Positions 36,225 to 46,648 are shown, counted from the first letter of the stretch. The stretch is 64,000 nt of DNA from Candidatus Caldarchaeales archaeon (GCA_039630085.1 JBCNVM010000002.1:32001-96000); one strand, 5' to 3'. The notes: a model not told the origin generated them from the letters alone. A program made the numbers and translations.

Positions 36225-37877
36225 TCACGGCCACAGTATGAAGCGTCGCAGCAGGTAAGTCATGACGCCGGCCACCAACGCGGCGATCAGGTTGCCGGTC
36301 ATCTGGAACTGACCGTACGCTACTCCCAAGAGCAGGTACCACGCGATCAGGGGCCCGAGGAGGATCCTCTCGCCGAACTCGATCAGGAGCATTAGGAACG
36401 TGCTGAGGCCCGAGACCAACAGGAGAGCCTTGACGGGCCACTGCCTCGCGAACGGTATCCACGGCCAGAGCGTGACGATCGGTGCGAGGAGGACCACGGT
36501 CCCGAACCTGTTGTGGAGGAGCGAGGCGACTGCTGCGACTGAGAGCGCGACCATCGGGGGGAACGGGTGCGCGCGTCCCCTAGGACGGAAGAGGACCGCG
36601 GCCGCGACTGGAGGAGCGACGAAAAGGGCGAAGAGCAGCGGGTCAGGCGAGTAGAGGTAGGGATGCCGCGGCGGGGGAGGGTAGGTGTCGTACCTCGATA
36701 TGAGGCCGAGGGCAGGCGAGGCCGAGACGAGCGAGAAGGAGGCGGCGAAGGAGGTCGCGTAGACGCTGAGCTCGAGGAACGCGCCCTTGACCTCCCTCCT
36801 CTCCCGGAGCGACGCCGCGTGGACGACGACCGGTATCGCGAGGACCGCGGGAGCGATGTAAGTCACCAGACCCGGCGCGTACTGTCCGTCCAGAGCGAGG
36901 TAATCGTCGTCGTAGGGAGATATACGACCGGCTTCGTCGAGGCTCTTGAGCAGCGCGTAGACGAAGCGGCCGTAAGCCTCGAAGGAATTGACCCTCATGT
37001 TCTCCATCGTGTCCCTTGGCGTGTGGTAGACCTCCCTCGCGAGCTCAGGAGCGTCTCCCCTGCTCGAGACCTCGATCGCAGGTATCCCCCTCGCTATGAT
37101 TGGTCCTTGATCCGTGAAGGAGATGTCGACCGCCCTGTAGATGTATTCCCAGAGGCCGCTCGGATCCTCGACGCGGACGCCCAAGCGGTCGCCCACGTCC
37201 CTGCAGAGCCTCCTGAGCCAGAGCGGGGCGTACCCGGAGAACTGGCCCATCGACTCGAGGTAGATCGAAGTCAGGTTGCCCACGGTGAGGTCCTCGGCTA
37301 CCACCACCGCCCTGATCGGCGGGCCCTCGTACCGCTCGACGAAGTGCCTCGCTCCCTGCATCCCCCACTCCTCCGAGTCGACGAAGGCGAAGACGATCTC
37401 GCGCCTGTTGGGGACTTCCCTCATCGACCGCGCCAGCTCGAGAAGGACTCCGACGTGTCCGGCCGTGTCGCTCGCGGCCTGATGACTCGTGGGGGCCATG
37501 TCGTAGTTCGCGAGGACGACGACCGCCTCGGGAACGCTGCCCCTGAGCGACGCATAGACGTTCCTCCCCTTCCTGGGTTGCCCGATGACCACCTCGAACT
37601 CCTGGACCTTGACCTCGTAGCCCATCTCGCGCAGTCGGTCGCCGATCCAGTTGGACGCCTGAAGGGCGCCCTCGCTGCCGGTGGGCCTGTACGGGAAGCG
37701 GGTCGCGAGCTCGGCGGCGTACTCGTAGGCCCTAGTCGCGTTGAACCCGATCTCCGGGACGACGGCCTCGACCTCCGGCACGACCGGTTCCGAGACGAGG
37801 TGCAGCAGCAGGAAGGCCGCGACGCAGGACGCGTACACGGCCGCTAGGGCCTTACTGCCCCTCAACGCCGACGCCAA
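36225..37877 (-). CDS. Membrane M28 peptidase-family protein (N-TM, M28 domain, C-terminal TM bundle)
   Basis: 'ANYD', 'ASD.AG.V..LLELAR', 'DSEEWG..GA', 'YHTPRD'. Confidence 0.8.
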   Translation of the reverse strand: MASALRGSKALAAVYASCVAAFLLLHLVSEPVVPEVEAVVPEIGFNATRAYEYAAELATRFPYRPTGSEGALQASNWIGDRLREMGYEVKVQEFEVVIGQPRKGRNVYASLRGSVPEAVVVLANYDMAPTSHQAASDTAGHVGVLLELARSMREVPNRREIVFAFVDSEEWGMQGARHFVERYEGPPIRAVVVAEDLTVGNLTSIYLESMGQFSGYAPLWLRRLCRDVGDRLGVRVEDPSGLWEYIYRAVDISFTDQGPIIARGIPAIEVSSRGDAPELAREVYHTPRDTMENMRVNSFEAYGRFVYALLKSLDEAGRISPYDDDYLALDGQYAPGLVTYIAPAVLAIPVVVHAASLRERREVKGAFLELSVYATSFAASFSLVSASPALGLISRYDTYPPPPRHPYLYSPDPLLFALFVAPPVAAAVLFRPRGRAHPFPPMVALSVAAVASLLHNRFGTVVLLAPIVTLWPWIPFARQWPVKALLLVSGLSTFLMLLIEFGERILLGPLIAWYLLLGVAYGQFQMTGNLIAALVAGVMTYLLRRFILWP

Positions 37878-38931
37878 GACCTCTGAGCCCCTCCAGGAAC
37901 GACAGGGGATCGATGACGGCCTCCGGCGGAAGCACGCCCCTCTCCGACACCTCGCCCTTCAGGATCAGGCGGGCGCCGAGAGCGGCTGGCGCGGCCGTCA
38001 ACTTCCTCATCCTGTTCACCGAGCAGTAGCTAACTCGCCTCTCGCCCCTCACGGCCTCTACCCTCACGCCGCTGAGCGCAGGTCCTCCGACCCTGAAGAC
38101 GCCCTCGACCCTGTGGACCGCCCTCGAGAGCCGCTCGAGCCTCTCCTCGGTCGAGGTCAGCCCCATTCCGACCAGCGCCCTGAGCAGGCCGTTCTGCCAC
38201 GCGGGGACGAGGCCTCCTCTCACGGTCACGTTCCTGGAGACCTTGAGGTGCTTGGATATTGTGAGCGGCTCCGGGTGGCCCACGTAGTACAGCTTCAGCT
38301 TCCCCACGCCGGGGAACTCGAAGACGGCCGGCGACGTGCCCGCCTTCACCTTGGTCAGCCTGCCCTCGAGGTACATCGGGACCTCGCCCGTGACGGCGTG
38401 GAACAGGTGCATGACGACCGCAAGCCCCTTCGAGTCCGCGGCCGACCCGAACCAACTGATGCTCACCTCGTCGACCTCTCCTCCCAGCTCCTCGCAGCAC
38501 TTCTTCGCTAGGATGTTAGAGAGTCCGGGCGTCCATCCGAGCCCCGTGACGAAGGTGACTTCCTTCTCGACGGCCCGTCGATGCAGTTCGAGGATCCTCT
38601 CGGCGGCGTCGTGGTCGTCGCAGACGTCGACCGCGTCGATCCCCAGCTCGATCAGGGCCGAGGCAACGACGTGACCGTGCCTGTAGAACGGCCCCACGGC
38701 GTTAACGACGACATCGTACCTCCTCGCTGCGGCCATGTCTTCCTTCGAGGTGACATCGACCTTAACGACCCCGACATCTCCAAAGTGTTTCAGGGAGCGA
38801 GCGACCCCAAGCGCCCTCTGGACGTTCAGGTCGCCGATGTCGACCTCTGCGCCCAGCTTGACCAGCTCCTCGACTATCGCGCTCCCTATGTCACCGGCTC
38901 CGCCTAGCACCAGGACGCGCCCGGCCCTCAT
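37852..38931 (-). CDS. Saccharopine dehydrogenase-like oxidoreductase
   Basis: 'GGAGDIG', 'NAVGPF', 'GLGWTPGLSN', 'HPEP'. Confidence 0.85.
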   Translation of the reverse strand: MRAGRVLVLGGAGDIGSAIVEELVKLGAEVDIGDLNVQRALGVARSLKHFGDVGVVKVDVTSKEDMAAARRYDVVVNAVGPFYRHGHVVASALIELGIDAVDVCDDHDAAERILELHRRAVEKEVTFVTGLGWTPGLSNILAKKCCEELGGEVDEVSISWFGSAADSKGLAVVMHLFHAVTGEVPMYLEGRLTKVKAGTSPAVFEFPGVGKLKLYYVGHPEPLTISKHLKVSRNVTVRGGLVPAWQNGLLRALVGMGLTSTEERLERLSRAVHRVEGVFRVGGPALSGVRVEAVRGERRVSYCSVNRMRKLTAAPAALGARLILKGEVSERGVLPPEAVIDPLSFLEGLRGLGVGVEGQ

Positions 38932-40025
38932 AGCGAAACACTGCTGAGGGCCTTCGGGAGCCTGGTCGTGTTCTCGTAACCTGAGGATCCCAGAACTACG
39001 TCGTCCTCCAGCCTCACCCCGAACTTCCCTGGCAAGTATATTCCGGGCTCGATCGTGAATATCATGCCAGGCTCCAGCGGAGACCTGTTGCCCTCGACTA
39101 TGTCCGGTGCCTCGTGGACCTCTACACCTAGCCCGTGGCCGGTGCGGTGTATGAAGAACGACGCGAAGCCCTCCCGTGCTATGACCGATCTCGCTGCTCT
39201 GTCGACCTCCTCAGCCGGAATTCCCGTTGCCACGGCGTCCAGGGCCCGCTGTTGTGACTCCAGCACGACGTTGAAGACGCGCTCCTGCTCCGGGCCGGGG
39301 TTTCCGACCACAAGGGTTCTCGTGAAGTCCGCGTAGTAACCCCTGTAGCAGACCGAGGCGTCGAAGACTACCACGTCGCCCTCGCGGATCGTCCTCGACG
39401 TGGGCTCGAGGTGAGGGTTCGCGCTGTTCGGTCCGGACTGGATCAGGCAGTAAGCGCTCTCGGCGCCGAGGTCGTGGCAGAGCCGGTGGAACTTGCTCAT
39501 CGCATCCCTCTCGGTCGTCCCGTGCTTGAGCTCCGCCATCGTCTGAAGCATCGCCTCCTCTAAGACGCGAGCGGCCATCGCGTGCCTGACCACCTCGTCG
39601 GGGTCCTTCCGAACCCTCATGCCGACGACGACGCGGTCGACCTCCTCGAACCTCAGCCCCGGAGCCCTCTGCGCGAGGGCCCTGTAGAGCCCCACCGGGA
39701 GCCTCCTCTCTACGCCGACGACCCCTGAGAGGCCTGAGAACAGTCTCTCCACCAGACCCCAGGGGCCGGTCTCGTCGCCGTAGGAGAGGACCTCGCAGTA
39801 GCGCCCTATCGCCTCCTCGACCCTGTCCCTGTCGAGCTTAGGAACGACCATCGCCGGCTCCCGGTCGAACCCGATCAAGAGGAACGCGGGCCTCTCGAAG
39901 ACCTCCAGCGTGAAGTCGATGAGATACCTCATGTTGGGGCCGGGCACGATTACCGCGCCTTCGAACCCGGAAGCCCTGCAGAGCTCGAGGAACCTCTTCA
40001 GCCTGGACTCGACGCGAACCGGCAT
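38928..40025 (-). CDS. Xaa-Pro aminopeptidase (M24)
   Basis: 'GY.AD.TRT', 'HRTGHGLG..VHE', 'TIEPGIY', 'GVRLED'. Confidence 0.92.
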   Translation of the reverse strand: MPVRVESRLKRFLELCRASGFEGAVIVPGPNMRYLIDFTLEVFERPAFLLIGFDREPAMVVPKLDRDRVEEAIGRYCEVLSYGDETGPWGLVERLFSGLSGVVGVERRLPVGLYRALAQRAPGLRFEEVDRVVVGMRVRKDPDEVVRHAMAARVLEEAMLQTMAELKHGTTERDAMSKFHRLCHDLGAESAYCLIQSGPNSANPHLEPTSRTIREGDVVVFDASVCYRGYYADFTRTLVVGNPGPEQERVFNVVLESQQRALDAVATGIPAEEVDRAARSVIAREGFASFFIHRTGHGLGVEVHEAPDIVEGNRSPLEPGMIFTIEPGIYLPGKFGVRLEDDVVLGSSGYENTTRLPKALSSVSL

Positions 40026-40163
40026 ACCGGACGGCCGCGGGGGCTGGACTTAAGTCGAGAGGTCTCAACGTCGATCGGAGCGCGTCGTGGCGCTCTTCCG
40101 GCCTCAGCGGACGCGGGAAGAAGCCGGAAAGTCAAAATACGGAACGGCATCGCTCAACGGAGG

Positions 40164-41132
40164 ATGGACGCGGAGCCGCTCCTCGCGGTGCGGGGCCTGA
40201 AGACCTACTTCTACACCTCGATGGGCGTCGTGAGGGCCGTCGACGGCGTCAGCCTGAGGGTGAGGAGAGGGTCCGCCGTCGGGATCATCGGGGAGTCAGG
40301 CTCGGGGAAGACGATGACCGGGCTCTCAATTCTCAGGCTCGTGCCCTTCCCCGGCCGCATAGTCGCGGGCGAGGTCCTCCTCGACGGGGTGGACCTGCTC
40401 AAGCTCAGCGAGGATGAGATGAGGAGGATAAGGGGGAAGAGGATCTCGATCGTATTCCAGGACGCGCTCACCAGCCTGAACCCGGTGCTGACGGTCGGCG
40501 AGCAGCTGGCCGAGCCCCTGATGACCCACCTAGGCCTCAGCAAGAAGGAGGCCTACGATCGGGCCGCGGAGATACTCCAGAGGGTCGGCATACCCGATGC
40601 GAGCAGGAGGCTCACCAACTACCCTCACCAGTTCAGCGGCGGCATGAGGCAGCGCGTCCTGATAGGCATGGCGATCTCCTGCAACCCGGAGCTCCTGATC
40701 GCGGACGAGCCCACGACGGCCCTCGACGTGACGACCCAGAAGCAGATCATGGACCTCTTCAGGGAGCTGATGGCTAGGATGAACATGACGCTCCTGCTGA
40801 TCACCCACGACATAGGGGTGGCCGCCGAGATGTGCGATTACGTCTACGTGATGTACGCCGGCCAGATCGTCGAGGGCGGACCGACGGAGCGGATCATCTC
40901 GGACCCGAAGCACCCGTACACGAGAGGGCTGATAGAGTCGATACCGAGGGGCTTCAAGACTGAGACGCGGGTCAAGCCGATCGGGGGGACCGTGCCCTCG
41001 CTCCTCGACCTCCCTCCGGGGTGCAGGTTCCATCCCCGATGTCCTCTGGCGACGGAGAGGTGCGTGAGAGAGGAGCCCAATCTCATCGAGCTCGGTGACG
41101 GGAGGAGCGTGAGGTGTCTCCTGTATGATTGA
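40164..41132 (+). CDS. oppD: Oligopeptide/dipeptide ABC transporter ATPase
   Basis: GESGSGKT, 'YPHQFSGGMRQR', C-terminal 'GCRFHPRC'. Confidence 0.92.
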   Translation: MDAEPLLAVRGLKTYFYTSMGVVRAVDGVSLRVRRGSAVGIIGESGSGKTMTGLSILRLVPFPGRIVAGEVLLDGVDLLKLSEDEMRRIRGKRISIVFQDALTSLNPVLTVGEQLAEPLMTHLGLSKKEAYDRAAEILQRVGIPDASRRLTNYPHQFSGGMRQRVLIGMAISCNPELLIADEPTTALDVTTQKQIMDLFRELMARMNMTLLLITHDIGVAAEMCDYVYVMYAGQIVEGGPTERIISDPKHPYTRGLIESIPRGFKTETRVKPIGGTVPSLLDLPPGCRFHPRCPLATERCVREEPNLIELGDGRSVRCLLYD

Positions 41133-42090
41133 AGGCGAGTTCCTGATCAGATTGGAGGACGTGAGGAAGTACTTCCCCGTCTACAGGGGGATCCTCAGGC
41201 GGAAGGTCGGCGAGGTGAAGGCCGTCGATGGAGTCTCGCTGGGGGTGAGGGCAGGTGAGGTCTTCTGCGTCGTCGGGGAGTCGGGGAGCGGGAAGACGAC
41301 CCTAGGGAGGATCGCCTGCGGTCTCATCGAGCCGGACGGCGGTGCGGTCTACCTCTGGGACACTCCACTGAGCGAGCTGAACGGCCGGAACGCGGCTCAC
41401 GTCAGGAGGCGGCTCCAGATCGTCTTCCAAGATCCCGACTCGTCCCTGAATCCTAGGATGACCGTCGAGGCGACCCTCCGGGAGGCCCTAAGGGCCGCGG
41501 GGAAGGCCGGCACCCGCGCCGAGGCCCTCGAGCTCCTCCACATGGTGGGCATGAGGGCTGAGCACCTCGTCCGGTACCCGCACGAGCTCAGCGGCGGCCA
41601 GAAGCAGAGGGTCTGCATCGCCAGGGCTCTGGCGGTCGATCCGGTCTTCATGGTGGCCGACGAGCCCGTCTCCTCGCTCGACGTCTCGATCAGGACTTCT
41701 ATCCTGAACCTGATGCTGGACCTCCAGAGGAGGCTGAACCTCACGTACCTCTTCATCTCGCACGACATGGCCGTGACGAAGTACGTCGCGGACAGCGTCG
41801 CGGTGATGTACTTGGGGAAGATCTGCGAGATGGCTCCGGCGGGCGCGTTCTTCGGCAACCCGCTCCACCCGTACTCGAGGGCGCTGCTCTCTTCTGTCCC
41901 GCAGTTCTATGACCTCTGGTCCGGAGAGCCGGTGAAGCTCGTGGGAGATCCTCCGTCCGCAATGAACCCGCCGCAGGGTTGCAGGTTCCACACGCGCTGC
42001 CCATACGCTTTCGAGAGGTGTAGGGTCGAGGAGCCGAAGTTGATCGAGGCCGCTCCCAACCACTTCGTCGCGTGTCACCTCTACGGCTAG
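41125..42090 (+). CDS. oppF: Oligopeptide/dipeptide ABC transporter ATPase
   Basis: GESGSGKT, 'LSGGQKQR', 'DEPVSSLDVS'. Confidence 0.92.
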   Translation: MIEGEFLIRLEDVRKYFPVYRGILRRKVGEVKAVDGVSLGVRAGEVFCVVGESGSGKTTLGRIACGLIEPDGGAVYLWDTPLSELNGRNAAHVRRRLQIVFQDPDSSLNPRMTVEATLREALRAAGKAGTRAEALELLHMVGMRAEHLVRYPHELSGGQKQRVCIARALAVDPVFMVADEPVSSLDVSIRTSILNLMLDLQRRLNLTYLFISHDMAVTKYVADSVAVMYLGKICEMAPAGAFFGNPLHPYSRALLSSVPQFYDLWSGEPVKLVGDPPSAMNPPQGCRFHTRCPYAFERCRVEEPKLIEAAPNHFVACHLYG

Positions 42091-42986
42091 AGGAGCCTCA
42101 TCCTGGGGTCCAAGGCGTCACGGAGTCCGTCACCGATCAGGTTGAAGGAGAGGACGGTCAGGAATATCGCGAGGCCCGGAGCGAGCACGAGGTGCTGCTG
42201 CGAGAAGATGTAGAGGTAGTACTCCCCGAGCATCTGGCCCCACTCCGGCGTCGGCGGCTGTACACCAACCCCGAGGAACCCGAGGCCCGCGGCGACCAGT
42301 ATCGCGGTACCCATGTAGAGCGTGGCCTGGACGATCACCGGCGAGAGAGCGTTGGGGAGGACGTGCCTGAACATTATCACGTAGCTGGGGAGCTGGAGTG
42401 CCCTCGCGGCCTCGATGTAGTGCATCTCCCTGATCGTCAGGACCGAGGCCCTCACGAGCCTCGTGAAGACCGGGACGGCCGTCACCCCAACCGAGATGAT
42501 CACGTTCTGGAGGCCGACCCCGAGCATCGCGACCAGCGAGAGGGCGAGGAGGAAGGTCGGGAAGGAGAGCAGGACGTCTGTGACCCTCTGGACCACCATG
42601 TCCACCCACCTCGAGAAGTAGCCGGAGAGGAGACCGAGGACGACCCCGATCGCCGCCCCAAAGGAGACGGCCGCGAGCCCCACCAGCAGGGACATCCTGC
42701 TCCCGTGGAGGATCCTCGAGAGGACATCCCTTCCGAGCTGGTCAGTGCCGAGCGGGTGCTCCGGGCTCGGAGGACTCAGCGCGTTCGCAAGGTCCTGCCT
42801 GATCGGATTGTGCGGGTAGTAGTCGGCGAGCAGGGCGCTCGCGATGAACCCCAAAAGCATCACCAGCCCCGCGACTGCGGCCCTGTTCCTCCTGTACCTC
42901 CTCCAGAACTCCCTGAGGAGCGCGAACCTTGTCCTCTCCTCGACGCCCTCGAGCTCCCTGAGCAGCTCCGTCTCCTGGCTAGTCAT
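42087..42986 (-). CDS. oppC: Oligopeptide ABC transporter permease
   Basis: 'HPLGTDQLGRD', EAA loop, 'GDGLRDALDPR'. Confidence 0.92.
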   Translation of the reverse strand: MTSQETELLRELEGVEERTRFALLREFWRRYRRNRAAVAGLVMLLGFIASALLADYYPHNPIRQDLANALSPPSPEHPLGTDQLGRDVLSRILHGSRMSLLVGLAAVSFGAAIGVVLGLLSGYFSRWVDMVVQRVTDVLLSFPTFLLALSLVAMLGVGLQNVIISVGVTAVPVFTRLVRASVLTIREMHYIEAARALQLPSYVIMFRHVLPNALSPVIVQATLYMGTAILVAAGLGFLGVGVQPPTPEWGQMLGEYYLYIFSQQHLVLAPGLAIFLTVLSFNLIGDGLRDALDPRMRLL

Positions 42987-43908
42987 ATCTGATCCGCGGG
43001 TCTAAGTAGGAGTAGATTACGTCGACGACGATGTTGATCACTATGAAGATCACCGCGGTCATCAGGACGACGCCTTGGATCACCGGGTAGTCCCTGGCCA
43101 TCATCGACTCGTACAGCAGTCTGCCGATGCCCGGCCACGCGAAGACCGTCTCCGTCAGGACTGCTCCCCCGAGCAGGTTCCCGAACTGGAGGCCGACCAC
43201 CGTGACGACCGGTATCAGCGCGTTCCTGAGGGCGTGCTTGTAGACCACCGTCCTCTCTTCGAGCCCCTTCGACCTGGCCGTCCTGACGTAGTCCTGGCTC
43301 AGCGCCTCGATCATGCTGGACCGGGTCATCCTGACTATGAGAGCCGAGGAGAAGAGCGCCAGCGTTAGGGCCGGGAGGACGACGCTCTCGGGCCTCTCGG
43401 CTCCCGCCGCGGGGAGTAGGCGCAGGTTCACCGCGAAGACCAGGATGAGAATGATCCCGAGCCAGTAGACGGGCATCGAGACCCCGAAGAGCGAGGCGGT
43501 CGTTATCGCGTAGTCTGCTCTGGTGTAGCGGTGCCTTGCCGAGAAGACGCCTACCAGGACTCCCACGGTGATAGCGATGGCCATCGCGGCGAGCGTCAGC
43601 GCGAAGGTGTACGGAAGGCGCGAGGCTATCTCCACGATGACCGGGCTCCCCGTCCTCGCGGAGGTCCCGAGGTCGCCCCTGATCAGGTTGGAGAGGAAAA
43701 CGATGTACTGCTCGTGTATGGGTTTGTCGAGCCCGAGGAAGGCCCTGATCCTTTGGACCTCCTCCTCGCTCGCCAGAAGACCCGCGATAACCCTCGCTGG
43801 GTCGCCGGGGAGAAGCCTGACCATCATGAAGACCAAGAGCGAGACGCCGAAAAAGGTGGGGATTGAAATTAGGACCCTCCTTACGACGTAGTTGAGCAGT
43901 CCGCCCAC
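42979..43908 (-). CDS. oppB: Oligopeptide ABC transporter permease
   Basis: 'LPGDP', 'DYVRTARSKG', 'HALRNA', 'LDPRI'. Confidence 0.92.
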   Translation of the reverse strand: MGGLLNYVVRRVLISIPTFFGVSLLVFMMVRLLPGDPARVIAGLLASEEEVQRIRAFLGLDKPIHEQYIVFLSNLIRGDLGTSARTGSPVIVEIASRLPYTFALTLAAMAIAITVGVLVGVFSARHRYTRADYAITTASLFGVSMPVYWLGIILILVFAVNLRLLPAAGAERPESVVLPALTLALFSSALIVRMTRSSMIEALSQDYVRTARSKGLEERTVVYKHALRNALIPVVTVVGLQFGNLLGGAVLTETVFAWPGIGRLLYESMMARDYPVIQGVVLMTAVIFIVINIVVDVIYSYLDPRIRYD

Positions 43909-43915
43909 GATCCTA

Positions 43916-45496
43916 TCACGCCGGCTCTGCGGTCACTATGACGAACTTCTCGTTCGGCAGGTAGGACACTCCCTTGATCTTCGCGGAGTAGACCAGCGGG
44001 AAGTTCTGGGTCCAGAGGAAGATGAACGGCGCGTCGTCCCAGACGATCCTGGCTATCTCGCAGAGCACCTTCGCCCTCTCGTTGGGGTCGGTGATCCTCA
44101 GCTGCTGATCGAAGAGCTCGTCGACCCTCGGGTTCTTGTAGTACGAAGTCGCCAGCCCGGCCGGTGGCCAGTAGCCGGACCAGTAGACGAGGAACATCTG
44201 GTACGCGTCGAGGTAGGCGGGCGCCCATCCGAGCAGGTGCAGGTGGTGAGAGACCTGGTCGGGAGGCCTGTTAATGGTCGCGACGTACGTCGGCCAGTCC
44301 ATCGTCCGCATCTCGACGTCGAACCCGACCTCCCTCAGGTACCCCGCCACCGCTTGAGCCGCGACCGCGTCGTTGATGTACCTGCCCGTCGGATAGAGGA
44401 AGAGGACCTTCGTGCCGGGCCTGACTCCGGCCTGTCTCAGCAGCTCGCGCGCCTTCGCGGGGTCATAGGGATACTGTCCGACGGGGCAGTACCCGAAGAG
44501 GCTCTTGTGCATCGGCGCGTCGACCGGATCGACGATCCCAAACATCACGTTCTTGATGATGGATTCCTTATCGACGGCGTAGTTGAGCGCCTGACGGACT
44601 CGCTTGTCGTTGAAGGGCTCGACCCTGTTGTTGATGGAGATGAAGATTAGCCTGTCGCTCGGCGCAAGGAGCACCTTCACGTTGGGGTTGGCCTTCAGCC
44701 TCTCGATCTCTGCAACCGGCGGGAGCATTATCATGTCGACCTCGCCGGCCAGAATCAGGGACAGCCGAGTCGCCGCGTCTGGCACTATCTTAAAGACGAT
44801 CTGGTCGTAATACGGCCGCTTGCCCCAGTATTCTTGGGCTCTCGTTAGAACGAGCCTGTCTCCCCTGACGTACTCGCTGATCACGTACGGGCCCGTGCCG
44901 ATCGGCCTGGTGATCAAGGTGTAGTTGTTGCCCGGGGTCTCGACCGTCTTAGGCGAGATGATGGCCGACGTCGTCCACGTAAGTGCATGGATAAGGGGCG
45001 CGAACGGGTACTTCAGGACGAGCCTCACGGTGAGGTCGTCAACCACCTCGACGCGCTCAATGGGGGTATACGGCGCCCTGATCGGGACCCTCACCTTCGG
45101 GTCGAGGACCCTCTCGAGGGAGAACTTCACGGCCTGAGCAGTCAGGGGGCTGCCGTCGTGGAACTTGACGCCGGACCTCAGCTTGATGATCACCACTTTG
45201 CCTTCCTCCTCGTACCTGTACTCGGTAGCGAGGTTCGGGAGCAACTCTCCCTTCTCGTTGATCCTGAAAAGCGTCTCCACGACGTGGTCGAGCATGTTAG
45301 CGACGGTCGTCGTCGTCTGACTCGCCGGGTCGAACGTGTCGATGTCCACGCTCACCGCCATCCGGAAGACCTTCGGGGCCGGCGGCTGCGAGGGCTGAAG
45401 GAGGAAGAACCCTGCAACCAGCGCGACCACCAGCACGGCGGCCGCCAGTATAACGAGGGACCTGCTGAGACCTCTCGCGTCTCTCATCATTTTCAT
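43916..45496 (-). CDS. Peptide ABC transporter substrate-binding protein (family 5)
   Basis: N-terminal TM anchor; 'KFHDG', 'PIGTGPY', 'VRQALNYAVD'. Confidence 0.9.
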   Translation of the reverse strand: MKMMRDARGLSRSLVILAAAVLVVALVAGFFLLQPSQPPAPKVFRMAVSVDIDTFDPASQTTTTVANMLDHVVETLFRINEKGELLPNLATEYRYEEEGKVVIIKLRSGVKFHDGSPLTAQAVKFSLERVLDPKVRVPIRAPYTPIERVEVVDDLTVRLVLKYPFAPLIHALTWTTSAIISPKTVETPGNNYTLITRPIGTGPYVISEYVRGDRLVLTRAQEYWGKRPYYDQIVFKIVPDAATRLSLILAGEVDMIMLPPVAEIERLKANPNVKVLLAPSDRLIFISINNRVEPFNDKRVRQALNYAVDKESIIKNVMFGIVDPVDAPMHKSLFGYCPVGQYPYDPAKARELLRQAGVRPGTKVLFLYPTGRYINDAVAAQAVAGYLREVGFDVEMRTMDWPTYVATINRPPDQVSHHLHLLGWAPAYLDAYQMFLVYWSGYWPPAGLATSYYKNPRVDELFDQQLRITDPNERAKVLCEIARIVWDDAPFIFLWTQNFPLVYSAKIKGVSYLPNEKFVIVTAEPA

Positions 45497-45595
45497 GCAA
45501 CATCCCATTGTTGTTGATGATAAAGTTTTTTGGAGATAAAGCTTGCCGGGGTAACCGGCGCAAACGTGATATCCGGAGGGGCGGACGGGCCGTCG

Positions 45596-46648
45596 ATGAA
45601 CCCGCCCGTGATCGACCTGCACGAGGACGTCTCGCTCTACTACACGTTCGCGGGGCACGGTCTGAAGTTCGGGCCGGCGGACTTCGACGCAGACGTGCCG
45701 GGAAGGCACGGCGATATCCCCAAGTACAGAAGGGCGAACGTGAGGCTCGTCTTCGCCGCGATCGCGTTCGTGATGCCGACGGTCAGCGGGTACAGGTCCG
45801 CCCAGCTGACCGCCGGTTACGGAATGAGGTTCGGGACCTACAGGGTCAGGGCTCCGGTGGCCGTTGCGCTGGAGCACGTCAAAGTCTACTACGGCCTCCT
45901 CTCGAAACACGGCCGCGACCTAGGACTGATCAGGCGGCCGGAGGACGTGAAGGAGGTCGAGAGGGGCGACGGGAGGACTTGGTTCCTGATGGCCCTAGAG
46001 GGCGCAGAGCCGCTGGAGGACGTCGAGGACCTTGACCTCTTCTACGCGCTGGGACTGAGGTCCTTACAGCTCACCTGGAACTTCGACAACAAATACGCGG
46101 CGTCGTGCATGTCAAGGCGGGACTACGGCCTGACGGGCGACGGTGCCGAGCTGGTCAGGAGGTGCAACGAGCTGGGTGTCATCGTGGACCTGGCCCACGC
46201 GAGCAGGAGGACAGCGCTGGAGGTCCTCGAGACCTCGGAGCTCCCTGCGGTGATAAGCCACGCGAACGCCTCGGCAGTCCACCAGCACAAGAGGAACGTC
46301 GACGACGAGGTCCTCGAGCGGTTGAAGGGCAACGGCGGGGTCATCGGGGTCACCCTGATAGAGCCCACGATCGGGGCGGAGGCGGACTTCAGGAGGCTCG
46401 CGGACCACGTGATGCACATAAGGAGGAGGATCGGGATCGACCACGTCGCGCTGGGGACGGACTTCTTCGGGCTGCTGAACATGCGGGAGCCGGAGGGCCT
46501 CGAGGACGTCACGAGGCTCGAGAACCTCTGGAGGGAGCTGCGCTCGAGGGGCCTGAGCGAGGAGGAGGTCGAGAAGGTCGCGTTCCGTAACGCCATGAGG
46601 GTGATATGGGCCAACGCGGAGAGGTGGGTCGATCTGTTCAGGCGCTGA
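45596..46648 (+). CDS. Membrane dipeptidase (M19)
   Basis: 'DLHED', 'LEGA', 'LTWN', 'DLAH', 'SHAN', 'LGTDF'. Confidence 0.88.
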   Translation: MNPPVIDLHEDVSLYYTFAGHGLKFGPADFDADVPGRHGDIPKYRRANVRLVFAAIAFVMPTVSGYRSAQLTAGYGMRFGTYRVRAPVAVALEHVKVYYGLLSKHGRDLGLIRRPEDVKEVERGDGRTWFLMALEGAEPLEDVEDLDLFYALGLRSLQLTWNFDNKYAASCMSRRDYGLTGDGAELVRRCNELGVIVDLAHASRRTALEVLETSELPAVISHANASAVHQHKRNVDDEVLERLKGNGGVIGVTLIEPTIGAEADFRRLADHVMHIRRRIGIDHVALGTDFFGLLNMREPEGLEDVTRLENLWRELRSRGLSEEEVEKVAFRNAMRVIWANAERWVDLFRR

